From assembly GCA_024679065.1 (NCBI GenBank), contig JAGIQG010000009.1, positions 92,008,001-92,072,000 of the forward strand: DNA of 64,000 nt, in the 5' to 3' direction. The notes below the pieces were generated by a model. It saw nothing but the letters and a program-made list of their open reading frames with translations. It did no database searches and had not been told where the DNA came from. The stretch's first letter is position 1. Each line of letters starts with the position of its first letter. Shown here piece after piece: positions 24,840 to 36,680 of the stretch. The position numbers and the translations under genes were made by a program. This stretch comes from Sphyrna mokarran (taxonomy: Eukaryota).

Positions 24840-26340
24840 TAGAGTCATAAAGATTTACAGCATGAAAATAGACTCTTTGGCCCAACTGGTCCATGCCGCC
24901 CAATTTTTACCACTGAGCTAGTCCAAATTGCCTGAATTTGGTCCAGATCTCTCTACACCCACCGTATCCATGTAAGTCTCTAAATGCTTTGTAAAAGATA
25001 AAATTCTACCTGCCCTACTACTGCCTCTGGTAGCTTGATCCAGATATTGACCACACTCTAAGTGAAAAAATTGCCCCTCTGGACTCTTTTATATCCCTCT
25101 TCTCTCACCTTAAACCTATGCCCTCCAATTTTAGACTCCCTATCTTTGGGAAAAGATATCTTATATATGTCCCTCATTATTTTAGGTTGTACAGTTGTGG
25201 TAATGTCAAAGAATTTTACAGCACACTAAGAGGCCCTTCAGCTCATCGCATCTGTTTCAGCCAGCAAGCACCTGTCTATTCTAATCCTATTTTCCAGCGC
25301 TTGGTCCATAGCCGAGTATGCTATGGCATTTCAAGTACTCATCTAAACGCTTCTTAAGTGTTGTGAGAGTTCCCACCTCTACTAACCTTTCAGGCAGTGA
25401 GTTCCACCTTCTGGGCAGAAAGGTTTTTTTCCTCAAAATTTCTCTGAATCATCTGCCCCTGAACTTAAATCTATGCCCCCTGCTTACTGATGCCTCTACT
25501 AAGAGGAGAAGTGTATTCCTATATATCCAATTTTTCTATAGATAGTTCCCAGAACGGTAGGGGATAAAATATTTTAATTTAGTTGGGCAGCTTGGTTGGT
25601 GCAGGCTTGGAGGGCTGAAGGTTTAGGCAACATTCCAGTGAACTTCCTCTGCGCTCTTTCTACTGCAATCACATGCTTCCTACAGCGTTGCAACCAGAAC
25701 TGCACATCATGCTCTAACTGTGGCCTTACGAGTGTTTTATATAGCTTCAGCATAACTTCCCAGCTCTTAAATTTTATTCCTTGCCTAATAAAGGCAAGTG
25801 TCCCATATATTTTCTTAAGCACATTATCTACCTGAACTTCATTCAGGGAGTTTTAAATTTATTTGTCTTTCCTTTCCCCCCTTGAGGCAATTTATCTTGA
25901 CTGGACTCAATCTGGCTCCTCTAAGAAGGCAACGTATTTTTCGGCAGTGGTATTGCCCATCAATCTACGAGTCCAATTTATCTGGGTCAAGTCTCTTCTC
26001 ATCTCATTGAAGTTGGCTTTCCCACAAAAAATTTCCCTTTTTCTGGGTTGTTCCTTGTCCTTTTCCACAGCCAACCTAATTCCTGTGATACAATGAATAA
26101 TGTCCTCTTCATGTTCACCCTTGATCCAATTGTCCCATCATTCCTAAGAAGAATCCAGAAATGCTTCTTTTCTCATGGGACTGGAAGCATCGAAAATTCT
26201 CCTGGACACGTTCTGAGAATTCTTGTCTTTTGCCTTAACACTATTTCTATCCCACTTTATATTTGGACTATTGAAGTTCACCATTCCAACTATTCTAATT
26301 ACTGCACTTCAGTGCAATTTCCATGAAAATTAGTTCCCCT
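24840..26340 (-). mobile_element. stacked CR1 LINE fragments
   Basis: ORF 25574-25822 reads YGTLAFIRQGIKFKSWEVMLKLYKTLVRPQLE. Several CR1 3' tails are present. Confidence 0.8.
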
Positions 26341-26356
26341 GCATCTTTCACTACTA

Positions 26357-26930
26357 AGTGATGGTTAATAGAATTCCACATTTGGAATACTGTAAACAAT
26401 ATTTGTTCCCTTATCTAAGGAAAGATATTGTGACATTGGAGGTAGTCCAGACAAGGTTCATTAGATTGACCCTGGATATGGAGAGATTTTCTTATGAGCA
26501 AAGGTTGAGTAGGTCGGATCTGTATTCTTGGAGTTTAAAAGAATGAAAGGCAAACTTATTGAGATGTATCAGATTTTCAGAGGACTTGACAGGGTAGATC
26601 TTGAGAGATTGTTTCCCCTCGTGGGAGAGTCTAAGACCAGAGGGCATAATCTAAGACTAAGGGATCACCCATTTCAGACAGAGGTGAGGAGGAATTTCTT
26701 CTCTCAGTGGATAGTGAACCTGTGGAATTCTTTGCCATATACGTTTGTAGAGGCTGGGTCATTAAGTATGTTCAAGGCTGAGATAGACAGATTGTTAATC
26801 AGTTAGAGAATCAAGGGTTATGGGGTTAAGGTGGGTAAGTGGATTTGAGGATTGTCACAACAGGATTAGTCATGAACTCATTGAATGTGGACCAAATGGC
26901 TTAATTCTGATCCTACATCTTGTGGCCTTA
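26357..26930 (+). mobile_element. CR1 LINE 3' fragment
   Basis: PHLEYC..PYLRKDI..ESKTRGHNLRLR..RRNFFSQ.IVNLWNSLP. Confidence 0.88.
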
Positions 26931-27665
26931 GAATGCACCAAGAAATGTAACGGTGGCAAGACTGTTTCTTAACACTTGACAAATAGTGTAAACAATTAAA
27001 CTGTTTCTGTTGCTTGCGCTATCCAAGGCTTGTGGGAATAGTATAAAAATAATGCCATAATTTACTGAATGAAATTAAGAAACACTCCACACAGAAGTGA
27101 TAATAGATGTTTGAACATCATTTCTGCAAAATGGCAAACAATTGGAACTCAAGTGTTAAATCAAAAACTGAGATTGATAGGTTTTTAATCAACAGTATTT
27201 CATAATATGGAGGAAAGACAAATATATGCAGTTGGGTTGGAGGTCAGCCATGGTCTCATTGAATTGACAATAGACTCTTGGCAGGCTCCATGGCCTTCTA
27301 CTATTCCCGTAATCACTGGTCAGTATTCCTGGAATGGAGAGGCACTCAATCAGTGAGGCATTGCAATCTGATCACTGTCCAGTGAGTCCAACTGGACAGT
27401 CCAAGGGCTGGGTGCCAAGTAAGATGTTCTGATCCCCTCATTCTTGGATCTTCTAATCTCAGCTCCCGAATAAAATAATGATCGTCCCTTCAGTGAGGTC
27501 CCAGATGTTATTCCTATATCCAGGAATAGGCACCACATTCAAGAAGGGCAGTTGAGGTTGGGGGAGAGGGGAGGGAGAGTGGAGATGGGGCGAGAGGAGG
27601 CAAACAGGGGATGGAGAAAGCAGAAAACTCTACAGAAGTGAACTCAAAGTTGTGGAGACTCTTAC

Positions 27666-27920
27666 CTGGAGAGATGATCTGTTTAATTTCCTTCCACACT
27701 GTGTAGAGCAATGGGCCTCGAAATCCAGTGTATTTCTGTCTTTGAAGCAAAAGTCTTCTCTTCTTCACCTCTCTCTGCATCTTCCCTATCTTCCCCTTTC
27801 TCCAGGTAGCTGCGTGAATAGGATTGATTTAAACGCTCTCTGCTGGAACAAACTGATCACTGTGTAAAACCTATGTGAGTTTGGATTAGATACTCACCTT
27901 TCTTTCAATCTTTTCAGTTC
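27666..27920 (-). pseudogene. TRIM gene B exon 4 (27898-27920) and exon 5 (27666-27809), frameshifted
   Basis: Paralogous to 1947-2210, including the intron. The 23-bp exon encodes ELKRLKE. Exon 5 is 144 bp versus 149 bp in gene A, so the conserved QRQKYTGFRGPLLYTVWKEIKQIISP is out of frame and the spliced frame reaches TAA. Confidence 0.88.
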
Positions 27921-29449
27921 CTGTGGAATAGAGAATCAGAAATATTTTAACAAATATACATGTTGCTGTTTAGATTGTAACTTTCAATGATGAAGAATCA
28001 ATGATTTTAGTTAAATGAAAAAGGATCTGGATGGAATTTTCACTGATGAGTTCCATTAATCTGTTATCACACCAGTTATCCTCAAAATAATTCAGAAATG
28101 TACCTAATCTGTTCACCCCTGAGCAGTGATGGAGATGTTACTGTAATCTCAGCAGCCCTTTAAGGAGACAATAGCCAGTCCCTAGCTCCTGGATTCTCCC
28201 AGGCAGCTCTGGGGCAACATGTATCTGTGTACACATCAGGTGTGAACAGGATTGGGCTCATTGTGATGCCCATACAGCCCAAAAGCTGGCTATTTTCACT
28301 GGTTACGGTATCAGGACGAGGAGAACCCCAACGACAAATCAGGGCCAGATCCTTCAGGATTGAAGTGAGGAACTACTTTGACAGGAAAATAGACATTTGG
28401 AACACTTTTTCAGAAATCATAATTGATTAACCGTGGGTAAAAAGTATCAGCCTCAGATTTGAAAGTAGAGAGGGATTAAGGAATATGGGGTATCTGTGTG
28501 GAGTTAGATCACAGATCAGCCACAATCTCAATGGTGAAACAGTCCTGAGGGAGTAAATGGCCAACTGGTCCTGTTACTGGGTGGAGTGCTTTGATTGTTT
28601 CTAAGTGTTGTCTCGGGTGGGAAAAGCAGGACAACCATATTTTTAAACAATGAACAAAAAAATAAGAGAGGCGAGTCTCATGATGTCATTCTGGCAGGGC
28701 TGGCTCAAGAAGCCTCATTGAAATAGATAAATTACCCTTCCCCGCTCCCTACCCCCCCGCCCCCCCAACCACCCCCTCCCCCTCCCCCCCACCAAAAGGT
28801 ATTACCAGATATATACTAGTCACTAGTATATATGCATTGGAGGGTGTTCAAAGACTGCTTGTTACCAGCCTGCTGGTATCTGCCTGTTGGTCTGTGCGAG
28901 TGTGTTTGTGTGTGTGTGCCTCTCTGCATATCTATGTATATCTGTATGTGTGTGTGTGTGTCGCAAGTAAACGCAGTTGGAAATTTTCCACACTTAAGGT
29001 GTGAGAGACAGAACCCAAAGCAAGTCCCCTGCAAAAGAAGTAATCTTTTGCAGAAATATGCGTACTCCGTGGGTGCAGTTGCTCTGCATCTCCACAGCAT
29101 GTCTGGAGGTGGTGGGAAGTGTTGTGCCATTCGCTGACAATGGAATCTTATGGTTCCAACATTGTCAACGGGGTTTCCTGTTGAACACATTCATTGTTGC
29201 TGGGAAACCCATAACATTGGATCACATGATCTCTCCGGCATGAGTGGCAGCAAGATTATAGCATTCATCTCTGTCACCAAAGGAATAGTAAGGGATCGTA
29301 AGGAAATAAAGGTTCACAGGGAAAGGGCAGAAAAGTCAATGTGATGAATGTTGGATGAGCCATGATCCTACTGAATGATGGAGCAACAACAAAGGGCAAA
29401 AGGGTCTACTACTGCTGCTTCTATTTCTTGTGGTCTTCACCTTGTACTG

Positions 29450-29850
29450 CTATTGAGGATAGATTGGAAAGGTTCAGACTGTTCTCTTTGGAGACAAGAA
29501 AGCTAAGAAAAGATTTGATTGGGATGTTCAAAATCATGAAGAGGCTAGATAGATTCTCCCACTCATAAAATGACTAAGAACAAGAAGGCAGGGATATAAA
29601 GTGATTTGCAAAAGAGGATATATGATGTTAGAAAAAACTTTATCACACAAATGGTCGAGGTCAGAAATGCACAGTCTGGAAGTGTGTTGGAGGCAGGTCT
29701 TCTTGAGGTATTCAAGAGGTTATTAGATGATTACTTGAATAGAAACAATGTACAAGGGCACAGAGTAAAGGTAGAGGATTGGCATTGTCTTAATGCTCAT
29801 TTGGAGAACTGGAGCTGGCTCAGATGGCCTACTTCTACACCTTCATAAAG
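29450..29850 (+). mobile_element. old CR1 LINE 3' fragment
   Basis: EDRLERFRLFSLETRKLRKDLIGMFKIMK. Confidence 0.75.
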
Positions 29851-30964
29851 GAAATTTAAAGGAAATTGGATATAGGTTTGTAAAGGGGAAAACTACATTG
29901 ATGTGGGAATAAATGCATTTTTTTAAAGAGCCATCCCTGAACACAAAGGGCCGAATGGCCCTTCTCATTATTTTATGATTTCAATTGAAAAGTTGCTCCA
30001 ACTTGTTCCACTTGCACCCTGAGTCCATACACTTTTGCCACTGCCTCACTTGTCCAATGTAACCGTCGCTTGTCATATACTCTGATAGAACTTCATAAAT
30101 GGCTGAAGTTCAATAATAAAGGAGCTTCAGGTCTTTCCAATATTCTTTGCACAGTGTTCAGCATTGATTCACAATCTTCATTGGAGTCTGGCTTGTCCTT
30201 TTCCCTCTGTCTGATGCATATGTACTTGTTAATTGTTGCCTCGGAGTGAATCGGTGTTCAGTTTTGACTGATTGGAACACAGCGAGTTGATGTCCCAACA
30301 CTACCTTGTGAAGATCTCCATTAATACCCAAGGGCAATGAAGCAGGTTCTGCTCCTGATTAGTGCCTCGGGGATTAATTCCAGTGGGGCAGGAAAAGGCT
30401 TGGAAGACAATTAATAGAACTAAAAATGATTACTGTGACCAGGGTAAGCTCATTTCCGTACAAGTCAGACATGATCCTTCTATCCCTCAGAGAGAGAGAG
30501 AGAGAGAGAAAGAGATAAATTAAACAAGAACAGATGTTACTTTCCCCAGAGAGAAGTGAGATGAATAAAAAAAAACAAAGAGTTTTGAGAAGTCTTTAGA
30601 GACAATGACAATTAATCGCAGTTGGTCCCTCTGAAATCAGAAGAGGTTCTGAAGCCAAGAGCTTTCAGGAAGGCAGATTGAGATAACTGTAAAGGGATAT
30701 GGACCATTCTCCAATGCTTGGAAGCAGTTTGAAAGCAGAATTACCAAGTCTTATGGTTGTATTTAGTTGAACAAAGGCAAAGAATGAGATAGCAAAATGG
30801 AAGAGGCACTTTCAACACTGGGTTAGATAAAGTTAGAAAAGGATTGATGCAGATGACATTAACTATGAATGACAATCTGCTCCAGGATGCCCAGAATAGA
30901 GACTGAGCAGTCTGGGAGGAAGGTGGGAATGGTCCAATATCCCAACAGCTACCATAGATTCCAT

Positions 30965-31570
30965 GGTGGGACAGCTCACAGCGTCAGGGACCAGGGTTCA
31001 ATTGCCGGTTTGGATCACTTTCTATGTGGAGTCTGCACATTCTCCTCATATCTACATGGGTTTCCTCCAGGTGTTCTGGTTTCCTGCCACAATCCAAAGA
31101 CATACGAAATCCACCTTAGTTTCAGGGGGATTAGCAGGATAAATATATGGGGTTTCGGGGATAGATTAGGATTGTTGTCAGTGTAGGCTCGAAGGGCCGA
31201 ATAGCCTTCTTCTGTATGTAAGGATTCTATCATTCTATAATACCTCCAGTGCAGATGGAGGCTTTTTGGTCCATGATAGAAACATAGAAAATAGCAGCAG
31301 GAGGAGGCCATTTAGCCTTTGAGTCTGCACTGACTCTCCAAATGCGGCACTCTACCTAGGCTCACTGTCCTGCCCTATATCCATAATTGTGCACATTTAC
31401 CATGGTCAATCCATCTTTGGATTGTGGGAGGAAACTGGAGCACCTGGGGGAACACATGCAGAACCAGGACGATGTACAAACTCCACTCAGACAATCACCC
31501 ATGGTTGGAATCGAACCTGCATCTGTGTCACTGAGTTAGCAGTGCTCACCGCTGTGCCACCGTGCTGCCT
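30965..31570. mobile_element. two tRNA-derived SINEs, tail to tail (about 30965-31240 plus, about 31275-31570 minus)
   Basis: HE1/V-SINE-like head and body on each strand. Confidence 0.75.
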
Positions 31571-32579
31571 TACCATTCTCCCCACAAAGAAACAAGTTGT
31601 TGGATTTTATTTTCTCTATTCTCACATTGGATGTGAACATCTCTGGCAAAGTTAGGGTTTGCTGCCCATCCCTAACTGCCAGTGAACTGCAAGGGGCTAG
31701 CTCATTCATTTAGGAGGGTAAGTAAGAGTTCAACCATATTGGTCTGGAGTGACATGTAGGCCAGACTGGGTAAGGATGGTTGATTAGTGAACTAAAATTT
31801 CTTTAAGACCATCAATAACTGACTAGCTTTCAATTCCAGGTTGATTAATTGATATTACTACTATGCCACTGCCTCCTCTGTATGCTGAAAGGACAGTGAA
31901 ATTGCCAGAAACTGAGCAGCAAATATAGTGTCATTTTGGCCTTGCCAAATCTTCAATCTACACTATTACAATTGCGGCAATTCCTTTGAACCATATTGTC
32001 TGTAACACTATGCAGCATCCATATTTCTTAGTTACCTCTCAGCTCTATTCTGAATCCACACTCTTTCTAATATGTGTACATTTCACTACATGTTCAACCC
32101 TCTCTTTTTCTGAATATGTCAAATGTTAGGATTGCTGCTCTTTCTGACCCTATTAATTACCTCAACTTAGTGTAAGACACTATTTTGGAAGGACAGAGGT
32201 TGGTGAAATTGGATGGGGTAGGTACGGATGGGGTGGGTGCGGAAGTAGCAATGAAATTTAATGCAGAGAAATGTGAAGATTGATTGGAAGAACAGGGAAA
32301 AGCAAGATAAAATTAAGCACCTAACTCTGAAGGAGGTGTAAGACCTGGTGATACGTGGGCACAGATCATCAAAGGTGATGGGTTGGGACAGTGATTAACT
32401 GTTGTGCTTTGAGTAATGCTGGGCTGTAACCATTCTATAATGCATTTTTTTGTCACTTACAAACTGTACCATTTAATAAAGTTTTGTTGGCCTGCATGGA
32501 CTCAATCAATCACTGAGAATCACTGTCTTTGTGAATTTGTGAATGTGTCACAAATGGGCTTACATTAACACAGCAATGA

Positions 32580-32835
32580 AGTCACTGTAAAAATCTCCTA
32601 GTCGCCACACTCTCAGTGTTGGGATTCACTGAGGAAGAATTTAACATGGCAAAAGCATCTAACTAGCATGTCTTTTGCTCTCTTGGAAGAAAGCAGAGCA
32701 TCTGGTGGAAACCCAGGCAGACACAGGGAGAATGTGCAAACTCCATACAGACAATGACCCAATCAGCCAGAATTGAACTGGGTTCCTGGCCTTATGAGGC
32801 AGCAATGCTAACAACTGTGCAACTGTGCTGCCCCC
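32580..32835 (-). mobile_element. tRNA-derived SINE
   Basis: Reverse complement of GGGGGCAGCACAGTTGCACAGTTGTTAGCATTGCTGCCTCA. Confidence 0.75.
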
Positions 32836-32959
32836 TTTTGGAGTCCTTAGTTCTAATTGTTCGCATACACCATTGTCTCCATTACAACAAACCATCATCT
32901 CCACTGAGGGAACCATAGCAAAGAGGCCATGCAATGGGACAAAAGAGAGCCAGAATCTG

Positions 32960-33290
32960 TTTTTTTTTCAAAAATGTACTTTGTTCATTAAATATCTAAA
33001 AAAATGACATTACAAACCTTTCATAATGGCTATCCCACACATTGCAATAGTATTCAAGTTCTCTACATAGATCATGTTACACTCTGAGGTGCTTCAATGC
33101 AATCAAAATACATCACAGACATTCCAAAATAGCCATTGAGATGGTGCAATCGTTTTTAAATTGATTACAAAGATCAAGTTGCATTCTGAGGTGCTTCAGT
33201 ATAATTGATATGTGTATTCATTGTTTATATCCATTGTGAGTCATACAGCCTGAAGGCATTCTCTACAGTTCCCCTCCTCTCAGTTCACTG
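32960..33290 (-). mobile_element. probable Tx1/L1 3' UTR fragment
   Basis: Begins with a poly-T tract followed by CAAAAATGTACTTTGTTCAT, similar to the 3' end of the Tx1 element at about 38613-38650. Confidence 0.45.
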
Positions 33291-34535
33291 TATTGAAAGT
33301 ATTATGATGTGGAGATGCCGGTGTTGGACTGGGATAGACATAGTAAGAAGTCTCACAACACCAGGTTAAAGTAAACAAAATAAACCTGTTGAAAAGTATT
33401 AGACAGCAAAAGCTAATCTTTTCCTGACATGTGTCCCCGTGCAGTTCCTGTATCATCCTTCTAGATTTCTGCTCTCTCTCTCTCTCTCTCTCCAGTGCCT
33501 GTATCATTTTTATAACATAGTGACCAGAACTGAAAGCAGAGGTTTTGATTTTAAGTTCATTTTTCTTTCTGTAAGCTTGCTACAATTTATCAAGTTAGAT
33601 TCAATAAACTGAAGTTTGTGTCGGTTGACCTGCACAAACATGGTAATTGAAACATGAATGTCCCTGCAGAGGAAGGATGTGTGTTGCCCTTGTAACATGA
33701 CTCACTGGGGATGAAAGTAATTAACTGTTAAACCGTGGTAAACAGCATCTGTTGACAATGTTTGAGGCGAAGACAAAACAGACCTTGGCTTGCTAAAACA
33801 GGTTTAAAGGGCAATGAGGAGAGTTCAGAAAAAGATTGAAAAGCATCAATGGTTAAAATGCGTTGCAAAACAACAGGGTAATAAAAGTTGAAATTAAGAG
33901 ACGTGACATTGACACAGGTCAAAGCCTGCCTAACGATAGGGCTGAATGACTGTTCTTGGAGGAAGAGACAGACCTTTCGGGTTATTTGGAGGACAATGGG
34001 AAAGGGACATAGGTATAATATGTAACTCAATTCCGCAGTAAATGAAATTCTAATCACTGGCTTCTCTCTCTGCATTGAAATCCAAACTAGACACTGACAG
34101 AAGTGGTTCAACTGGTCCAGTAACTCAGTTTCTAGGGACTGTTGACTTTGCTTTTTGTTGTTAGTCTGATGGAACAGCTTCAAATCAAATTCCAGAGGGG
34201 ATAAAAATGCAGAACATCAATGATTCACACAAGAATAGTGTGATGTGATCAACTGTAGAAACATTAAGAAAATTAAGGATAGATTTTCATTCAGATATAT
34301 CGTATTCCCAAATCTATTCTTGAATTCAACAGAATTAGATATATTAGGAGAGGCTTAATCTGTAATTTTGGATATCTCAAAATAACATTTGAGGGGCAGA
34401 TATAGCAAATTCATTGCAAAGTCCCACTCAGTCCCTATTTAATGTGCTGCTCTCTCTACATAGCCCTGGACCCAAACTAACTCAGTAAAGTTTTACAACA
34501 CCAATTTTAAATCCAACCAATTTATTTGATAGTAA

Positions 34536-34575
34536 ATTCGCGAGCTTTCGACTTTACAGCCTTCGTCAGGCAAAT
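34536..34575 (-). ncRNA. minimal type I hammerhead ribozyme (sense pLTR of the Penelope element)
   Basis: AUUUGC-CUGACGA-A-GGCU-GUAA-AGUC-GAAA-GCUC-GCGAAU. This gives stem I (6 bp with one G-U), the conserved core, a 4-bp stem II, a palindromic AGCU stem III and the NUH triplet CUC. Confidence 0.8.
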
Positions 34576-35330
34576 GCAGTGTTCTGATCTGCAGAAGCAC
34601 TCATACCAACACAGACAGTTACAGATTGCTGATTAGAATGCAAATCCTTACATCTAACCTGCCATTCAAGTGTTAAAGTGGCTAACAATGTGTGTGAAGG
34701 GAATCCTGAGCATTGGTTAGAGAATTGTGTATTTTCTCCAGACAGCACAGTAAGTGAGGTTTTTTGCTAACCCAGGCAAGTTACGGGGGTTACAGATAGT
34801 GTGTCATGAAGCCAAGATCCCTGTTAAGACAATCCTCATGTGTGCGGAGCTTGGCTATCAGTCTCTGCTCAGCGACTCTGCGCTGTTGTGTGTCACGAAA
34901 GCCCCCTTGAAGAACATTTACCCGCAGGTCGGAGGCCGAATGCCCATGACTGCTGAAGTGTTCGCCCACAGGAAGGGAACTGTTTTGACTGGTGATTGTT
35001 GAGCGATGCTCATTCATCCACTGTCGTAGTGTCTGCATGGTCTCCCCAATGTACCATGCTTTGGGACATCCTTTCTTGCAACGTATCTGGAGAAAATACA
35101 CAATTCTCTAACCAATGCTCAGGATTCCCTTCACACACATTGTTAGCCACTTTAACACATGTCATTCAAGTGTTAAAGTGGCTAACAATGTGTGTGAAGG
35201 GAATCCTGAGCATTGGTTAGAGAATTGTGTATTTTCTCCAGATACGGGTTAGATGTAAGGATTTGCATTCTAATCAGCAATCTGTAACTGTCTGTGTTGG
35301 TATGAGTGCTTCTGCAGATCAGAACACTGC

Positions 35331-35370
35331 ATTTGCCTGACGAAGGCTGTAAAGTCGAAAGCTTGCAAAT
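35331..35370 (+). ncRNA. minimal type I hammerhead ribozyme (inverted pLTR copy)
   Basis: AUUUGC-CUGACGA-A-GGCU-GUAA-AGUC-GAAA-GCUU-GCAAAU. Stem I is a perfect 6 bp and the triplet is CUU. Confidence 0.8.
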
Positions 35371-35492
35371 TTACTATCAAATAAATTGGTTGGATTTAAA
35401 ATTGGTGTTGTAAAACTTTACTGAGTTTACCCCAGTCCAACGCCGGCATCTTTACACCCAAACTAACCCCAGAGCTAACAATCCTGCACTAT

Positions 35493-35860
35493 GGGGAGGC
35501 AATGGCTTAGTGATATTATCACAAGACTATTAAACCAGAAACTCAGTTAATGTTCTGGGGACCCAGGTTCAAATCCTGCCACGGCATATGGGTAGAATCT
35601 TAATTCGTTAAACAAATCTGGAGTTAAGGATCTACTGATGACCATGAAACCTTTGCCAATTGCCAGAAAAAACCCCATCTGGCTCACTAATATCCTTTAG
35701 GGAAGGAAATCTGCTGTCCTTATCCAGTCTAATTTCCAAGTGACTCCAGAGCCACAGCAATGTGGTTGACTCTCAACTGCCCTCCAACGGCAGCTGGGGA
35801 TGGGCAATAAATGCTGGCCAGCTACTGATGCCCACGTCCCACAAATAAACAAAATAATCC
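35493..35860 (+). mobile_element. tRNA-derived SINE sharing its 3' tail with the LINE at 42850-45862
   Basis: Head GGGGAGGCAATGGCTTAGTG..GGTTCAAATCC; tail GGGATGGGCAATAAATGCTGGCCAGC..GCCCACGTCCC. Other copies (minus) at about 37090-37445, 47940-48295 and 50415-50780. Confidence 0.8.
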
Positions 35861-35894
35861 CACTGCTGTGCTGTCTTCCCAAAACATTTCCTCA

Positions 35895-36680
35895 TTAAGG
35901 AAAGTTAGCATGGCTTTGTAGGAGCAGGTCATGTCTTACCAATTTTTTTCGAGGAGGTGATGAAGGTGATCGATGATGGTAGTGGATGTTTTCCACATGG
36001 ATTTTAGTAAGGCTTTCGACAAGGTCTGTCATGGCGGGCTCATCCAGAAGATTAAGATGTATAGGATCCATGGTGACGTGGCAGCTTGTATTCAGAATTG
36101 ACATGCCCATAGAAGTTAGAGAGTAGATGTGGAAGGGTATTTTTCTGGCTGTAAGTCTGTCACTAGTGCAGTTTCACAGGGAATCTGTACTGGATCTCTC
36201 CTGTTTGTGATTATGTATAAATGACTTAGATAAAAGCATGGATGGGTGGGTTAGTGAGTGTGCAGATGACACAGTTGCGTACAGTGTAGAAGTTTGTCAG
36301 AGGATATAGCGGGATATAGATCAGCTGCAGATATGGTGTAAAAATGGCAGAGGGAGTTTAATTCGGGCAAGTGAAAAGTGCTGCACTTTGGGAGATCAAA
36401 TGTAAAGGGTAAGTATACAGTTAATGGCAGGAGTCTGGACAGCATTAATGTCCATAGCTCCCTGAAAGTGACCACACAAGTAGATAGGTTGGTAAGGAAG
36501 GCATATGGCATGCTTGATTTTATTGGTTGGTGCATTTAAGGGACTTTTAGACAAGCACATGTTTATGCAAAGATTAGAGGGATATGGACCAAGGGCAGGC
36601 AAAAGAGATTAGGTGTCATGGTCAGCACAACATTGTGGGCTGCAGAGCCTGTTCCTGTGCTGTACTGTTCTATGCTCTAA
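35895..36680 (+). mobile_element. degenerate CR1 LINE (RT) with internal deletions
   Basis: QHGFV.RSCLTN..VDV..MDFSKAFDKV motifs; tail CTGTGCTGTACTGTTCTATG. Confidence 0.8.

Larger units (their letters stand above)
34482..35455 (-). mobile_element. Penelope-like element (GIY-YIG endonuclease fragment) with inverted pLTRs and a 12-bp target-site duplication
   Basis: ORF 34790-35101 reads IRCKKGCPKAWYIGETMQTLRQWMNEH..PVGEHFS..EQRLIAKLRTHEDCLNRD. Inverted arms of 181 bp lie at 34479-34659 and 35247-35427. The direct repeat ACCCAAACTAAC occurs at 34470-34481 and 35456-35467. Confidence 0.92.

Noticed and set aside
33728-34183. 151-aa minus-strand ORF as the missing TRIM B 5' exons or a new gene
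   Set aside because: It has a non-ATG start, no RING, B-box or other recognisable motif, and no convincing splice sites.
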